Assembly (NCBI GenBank): GCA_964016885.1
Contig: OZ024745.1
Span: forward strand, 25,668,001-25,732,000
Direction: 5' to 3'
DNA length: 64,000 bases
Source: Eledone cirrhosa
Taxonomy: Eukaryota
Shown here: positions 58,530 to 64,000 of the stretch, one piece after another
Layout: each line of letters starts with the position of its first letter
How positions within the stretch are numbered: the stretch's first letter is position 1
Notes under the pieces: generated by a model
The model's input: only the letters and a program-made list of their open reading frames with translations
What the model was told of the DNA's origin: nothing
Databases searched by the model: none
Program-made: the position numbers and the translations under genes

Positions 58530-59035
58530 CCATTACCCCCGCCCCTACTACTACTATTACCACCACCACAACAACTACTACTACTACTACTACTCCCACC
58601 AGGAGTGCTATTTTATTCCACCGTTAACGCAAAATATTACTACCACCACCACCACCAACACAAATACCTAGAGTAACTAGCACCGCCATCTCCACAAATA
58701 TCTACCATAACCAACTTTACCCTCACCACCATCACCACCAACTACCACCCACCACAAATATTCACCCACGCCACCAGCCTCCACCACTAAATCTATAATA
58801 TCTACCATAGCCACCACTACCCTTGACATCATCCTCACCATCAAATCCACCACCATCACCACAACTCTCTACCCTCACCACAAAACCACTACCATCACCA
58901 CCATCTCTCAACACCATCACCTCCAACCACCACTACACTCGTCACCGCCACTACCAACCACCCCCACCCTCACACCCCTACACCCCTACAACTATCTACC
59001 ATATCCACCACCGCTCCCATCATCTCAACACCTAA
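58530..59035. repeat. low-complexity (ACC/ACT)n tract
   Basis: Read directly. Confidence 0.9.
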
Positions 59036-59206
59036 GTAATGGCCTCTTCCACCTCCCTCATCTCAAGCAGCAACATTCTGAAACAACTTGCACTCACCCT
59101 ACCCCTCTCTCCCTTGTCTGCTTTCTCTCTCTATCCTTCTCTCTCCTTCGCCCTCCCATAAAACCCCATTCGTAGTGAGAACCAGGTCATTAGAACATTC
59201 AGTTGT

Positions 59207-59259
<53 letters not shown>

Positions 59260-59763
59260 TATATATATATTTAAAGAGAACAACGTGGGGGAGGGTTAAA
59301 ATATAGGATGGGAAAAAAGTTTTTTTTTTATTTCCTATAAGATAACGAGAGAGAGAGAGAAAGGTAGTTTGTGTGGTTTGTTTGTGTTCTCTCTTTTACT
59401 CATTTTTATCTTTTTCTTTTTTTACTGAATGGGTGAAGCTTGGAGTTTCATTATTTTATTATCTCATCCTTCCGGGGTCGATAAAATAAAGTACCAGTCA
59501 AGTACTGGATTCGATAAAATCGATCCTACCCCTACGAAAATTACTGGCCTTGTGTTTAAATTTGAAATTATTATTGACAAAGTCATTAGAACGTCAAATG
59601 TTTACCAGTATTTGTTCTGGCTCTTTACTTTCTGGTTTCAAATCCGACCTAACTCAAACCTTGCTTTTCATCCTTAATTACCAGTCAAATACTTGAATCA
59701 GCTATGCCTGAAATATAGTCACTGTTGAGAATTTATGATTTGTTATATCAACTCTGCAACTAG

Positions 59764-60015
59764 AGATCACAGCTCCGATATTATGGACATATGGTTAGAA
59801 TGTCCCAGGAAAGAATTGCTGGACAGATCTTATGAGCAAAATCAGCCGCCAGGAGATCCATGGATAGAACCCAATCAAGATAGCTGGATAATATCCATGA
59901 GCTTGGCTGGTCTCGCTTGGGGATCAAGCCGGATCAATTGGAGTCGGCTACTTTTGACAGGACTCACTGGAAGCAGAGTTTGAGGACTCTGTCCCCACGA
60001 CCCTCTCAGAAATAA
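59764..60015 (+). mobile_element. decayed RTE LINE C-terminus (Expander/Rex3-like)
   Basis: Translation RSQLRYYGHMVRMSQERIAGQIL*...*LDNIHELGWSRLGIKPDQLESATFDRTHWKQSLRTLSPRPSQK*. Confidence 0.8.
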
Positions 60016-60549
60016 GTGAGCGAAAAAGATGTAGAACTCTGCAACTAAACATAAGAACACTTCGTGTGTTGTGTGTATGTGTGTGCCATTCCAAAGAGTC
60101 GTTTGCAGAGGCCAGTTGGCTGCAAACTGAGTTTTTGAATGACCCAATTGAATCTTCAAATGTGGATTTGCTCTAGTTTCATCATACGGCCTAAAATCAA
60201 CAAGTAACTCGTCAAACAAGTACAACTCCAAAATAATGTATGTATGTATGTATGTAATGTAATGTCCGTATGTATGTATGTATGTATGTATGTATGTATG
60301 TATGTATGTATGTATGTATGTATGTATGTATGTTTTCTCTTTCTCTTAATTTCGAGTATATTTTTTTGACCGGCCACCTTCCTGGTGGCAAGGTTGTAAA
60401 AGAAAAGAAATTGTCATCCCTTGAATCGCAAGAATGTTTTGCATATTTTGAAGGTGCCAGCTATCGCAGCCATTTGTAGACTATGAATTAGGGAGCTGCG
60501 CGTATGTATGTATGTATGTATGTATGTATGTATGTATGTATGTATGTAT

Positions 60550-61160
60550 GTCAGGTCACCAGTTGGTGCTACTGGTAACATGTATCCCAGTACAACCTGT
60601 CTCATGGTCGGGTCGTTGGCGACTAAACTGGCAACCCCACCAAGGTTTCTTGGTGAGGAGGGTGACTTTCGACATCCTGCAGGACTAAAAACAAAACCTG
60701 TCAAAGGGCAAGGGAGCTCTTAAGACTCAATAGCGATCCAAAATCACCGGGAGAGATGACCCCTTAGCCTTTGTCAAGGCAGAATTCTAGGAGAAGGAAA
60801 ACTCTGATATAACACCTGCAACCCTGATGGTATCCAATGATGTTGACTTGTTCTTCTTTTTGGTAAATATCATCTTGGTTAAGAGAGTGGGACTGGCTTT
60901 GTGCAGTGCCTTTGCTCACTATAAAAGCTTCACAGCACAGGCATTGCTTTATATCTGGAGATCTCTCTGCACTTGTCATCACATGGTACCATGGGCCCTG
61001 CACTATGTGTCAATAATGGTCACAAGTGTAGTCTTTGTACCAGAGTTTTCAAGTCGCTGGCTGGACTAAAAAGTCACATTCGTTCAGCGCATCGGTAGGG
61101 GTTCTCCTACATGGATATAAAGTAGTGGCCGTACTCGAAAACGAGTTGGCAGCCACCACC
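60550..61160 (+). mobile_element. ~610-bp element, copy 3
   Basis: GTCAGGTCACC...GGCAGCCACCACC lying between (TATG)n tracts. Confidence 0.9.
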
Positions 61161-61207
61161 ATGTATGTATGTAATGTCCGTATGTATGTATGTAAGTATG
61201 TATGTAT

Positions 61208-61816
61208 GTCAGGTCACCAGCTGGTGCTACTGGTAACATGTATCCCAGTACAACCTGTCTCATGGTCGGGTCGTTGGCGACTAAACTGGCAACCCCACCA
61301 AGGTTTCTTGGTGAGGAGGGCGACTTTGGACATCCTGCAGGACTAAAAACAAAACCTGTCAAAGGGCAGAGGAGCTCTTAAGAGTCAATGGCCATCCAAA
61401 ATCACCGGGAGAGATGACCCCTTAGCCTTTGTCAAGGCAGAATTCTAGGAGAAGGAAAACTCTGATATAACACCTGCAACCCTGATGGTATCCAATGATG
61501 TTGACTTGTTCTTCTTTTTGGTATATATCATCTTGGTTAAGAGAGTGGGACTGGCTTTGTGCAGTGCCTTTGCTCGCTATAAAAGCTTCACGGCACAGGC
61601 ATTGCTTTATATCTGGAGACCTCTCTGCACTTGTCGTCACATGGTACCATGGGCCCAGCACTATGTGTCAATAATTGTCACAAGTGTAGTGTTTGTACCA
61701 GAGTTTTCAAGTCGCTGGCTGGACTAAAAAGTTACACTCGTTCAGCGCACCGGTAAGGGTTCTCCTACATGGATATAAAGTAGTGGCCGTACTCGAAAAC
61801 GAGTTGGCAGCCACTA
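61208..61816 (+). mobile_element. ~610-bp element, copy 4, in tandem with copy 3
   Basis: Same termini as copy 3, separated from it by a short (TATG)n spacer. Confidence 0.9.
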
Positions 61817-62404
61817 TGTATGTATGTATGTGTCTTGTGTGTGTATATCATCATCATTATCTTCATTTAACGTCCTCTAAATATGTGTCTGTGTCATGTG
61901 CCTAAGTCTAGTGTAGCGATTTCAGATTTTCCCTAGCTGCAATACTTTATTTTTTTAGTATATAATAAATGTATATTCTTTACGTTTGAAGTGTGTAAAG
62001 ATATATATTGTTTGCTGTTGTAGTTACATTCTCTTTTAAATGAAACAATAGCAGTCTAAAGTTTAAGTAAGTTAAACTTATGTTTTCAAATGAAAAGGGA
62101 AATATAGTTTTTATGTTCATCAAATTTCAACAAAATATATTCATGTACAGAAGAATCGCAATTGAGAATGTACTAACCCAATTATCTTTCTTATTAAAGG
62201 AAAGTTTAATCAACAATTTTCTCATTCAAATGAACCATTTTGCAGATTCCGAATCTTTATGTGCCAAATAAAATTCTAAAGAATGTTAAAGAGCGTTTTT
62301 ATTTTCTTATTCTTTAAGGTAAAGAAAGGCATAATAATACAAGTGTTATTGGGTGAGGTAATACCAAATGCATTTACTTCTGTTGGTATAGTCATATGTA
62401 TGCG

Positions 62405-62470
<66 letters not shown>

Positions 62471-62486
62471 AACACACATGTATATA

Positions 62487-62700
62487 TGGCGCGTGACTCA
62501 GTGGTTAAAGAATTGGATTCGCAATCGTGAGGTTGTGTGTTCGATTCCCGGACCGGGTGATGCGTTATGTCCTTGAGCAAGACACTTTATTTCACGTTGC
62601 TCCTTCTACCTGGATTTGCGACCGATAATAGTATATGCAATTGGAAAGACCAATGGAAACATTGTTTCCTCGGTCCGATTTGACGAAAGTCGATGGACTG

Positions 62701-62703
<3 letters not shown>
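62487..62703 (+). mobile_element. SINE family B (tRNA head, CORE-like centre)
   Basis: A-box-like TGACTCAGTGG, B box GTTCGATTCC, then TGTCCTTGAGCAAGACACTT. Confidence 0.85.
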
Positions 62704-62742
<39 letters not shown>

Positions 62743-62785
62743 CAGTCGATCGACTTTCGTCAAATCGGACCGATATATATATATA

Positions 62786-62866
62786 CAGGGTGTTCCAAAA
62801 AAATGTATGCACACTTTGAATAGAATGCTGTTGAAGTGAGTATACATTTTTGGTGGGAAAACCCTG
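62786..62866. mobile_element. ~80-bp MITE, inverted relative to the 3667 copy
   Basis: CAGGGTGTTCCAAAA...AAAACCCTG with interior AGAATGCTGTTGAAGTG. Confidence 0.8.
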
Positions 62867-63162
62867 TGTGTATATATATATATATAAAACTATGATTAAA
62901 GGGTGACAGATCCGCTAACATATACATACACTGCCGCCCATATATTAGCATGTGTGTATATATGTATATATATATATAGATATAGATATATATACACACA
63001 GGTCGATGAAAAGCATGAGACGTTCTACGTGTGTGCACACCTATAAGTAATGGTGGATTATTAAGCGTTTAATCTATAAACTCTATTGTATTGACTGCCC
63101 TAGCCCTTTTCTTTCGTCTGCTCACATAAATGTATGTCTGTCTATCTATCTATATATTTATA

Positions 63163-63195
<33 letters not shown>

Positions 63196-63398
63196 GTGTG
63201 TACATACATACATACCTACACACATATTTATATCCGTACAATATGAACATATATATATATATATATATATGTATAGTGTGTGTGTGTGTTTGGGTGTGTG
63301 TGTGTGTGTGTTTGGGTGTGTGGGTATATATGTGTGTGATGTATATGTGGGTATGTATGTATATATATATGTGTGTCTGTGCGTGTGAGAGTGTGTGT

Positions 63399-63610
63399 TG
63401 GCGTGTGGCTGATTGGTTAGAGAACTGGATTCCCATTCTTGAGGTTGTGAGTTCGATTCCTGGACCGGGTGATGCGTTATGACCTTGAGCAAGACACTTT
63501 ATTTCACGTTGCTCCTTCTACCTGGATTTGCGACCGATAATAGTATATGCAATTGGAAAGACCAATGGAAACATTATCTCCTCGGTCCGATTTGACGAAA
63601 GTCGATCGAC
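63399..63610 (+). mobile_element. SINE family B, second copy
   Basis: B box GAGTTCGATTCC; 3' half almost identical to the 62487 copy. Confidence 0.85.
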
Positions 63611-63615
63611 AAATT

Positions 63616-63664
<49 letters not shown>

Positions 63665-63951
63665 GTATTAAACATATATATTAATATAATAGGAACATTC
63701 TTAACGTTTCGAACGCTAGTGCATCATCATATGTATAGATAGATATATGGAGGTCATCTGTAGCTGTGACCGTATCAATTCTGTGCTTATATTGTGCCGC
63801 AACCCCGCCACATGTATATATATATATATATATATATATAGCAGTCGTTACACAACAGTTAGTTCACCATACCCAGAACAATTGTTTCACCTTAGCGGAT
63901 CCTCAGCTCGTAATGGACATGGTTATACGGAACAGGAAGGACATATATATA

Positions 63952-64000
63952 TGAGGGCTGGCTGACAAGTTCATAGGCTGACCAAGGTACTCTCATGGAA
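63952..64000. mobile_element. possible mariner-type TIR at the window edge
   Basis: TA-TGAGGGCTGGCTGACAAGTTCATAG resembles YGAGGG...AAAAGTTC mariner ends; the partner TIR is not in the window. Confidence 0.4.

Noticed and set aside
58343-59035. Thr/Pro-rich mucin-like ORFs
   Set aside because: A low-complexity trinucleotide tract with frequent stops and no exon support.
60550-60640. HDV-like ribozyme at the 5' end of the ~610-bp element
   Set aside because: A P4/J4-2/P2-like part (GGG-TCG-TTGG-CGA-CTAA-ACTGG with CCAGT) is visible, but I could not build convincing P1 and L3 elements by eye.
62487-62560. tRNA gene
   Set aside because: A and B boxes are present, but they continue into a SINE body and no complete cloverleaf forms.

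Overview
Eukaryotic, very AT-rich, repeat-saturated non-coding DNA. The SINE and microsatellite repertoire looks like a coleoid cephalopod, probably Octopus; that is inferred from sequence style, not checked. I can support no intact host gene. Almost all listed ORFs are artefacts of (TA)n, (CA)n, (TATG)n or minisatellite arrays. The window holds: many tRNA-derived SINEs of at least three families, some with clear target-site duplications; decayed RTE and L1/Tx1 LINE 3' ends; small Tc1/mariner-, hAT- and piggyBac-like MITEs; five minisatellites, several seeded from SINE or MITE segments; and a young ~610-bp non-coding element in four copies. The most notable signal lies between about 4 and 36 kb. 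Several unrelated short, protein-free inserts sit in (TA)n arrays. Each carries a minimal type I hammerhead-ribozyme fold (stem I, CUGANGA, stem II, GAAA, palindromic stem III, UH, stem I'), often arranged as a fold-back inverted repeat. This is the signature of Penelope-like or retrozyme-type elements. Folds and alignments were done by eye and need computational and biochemical confirmation.
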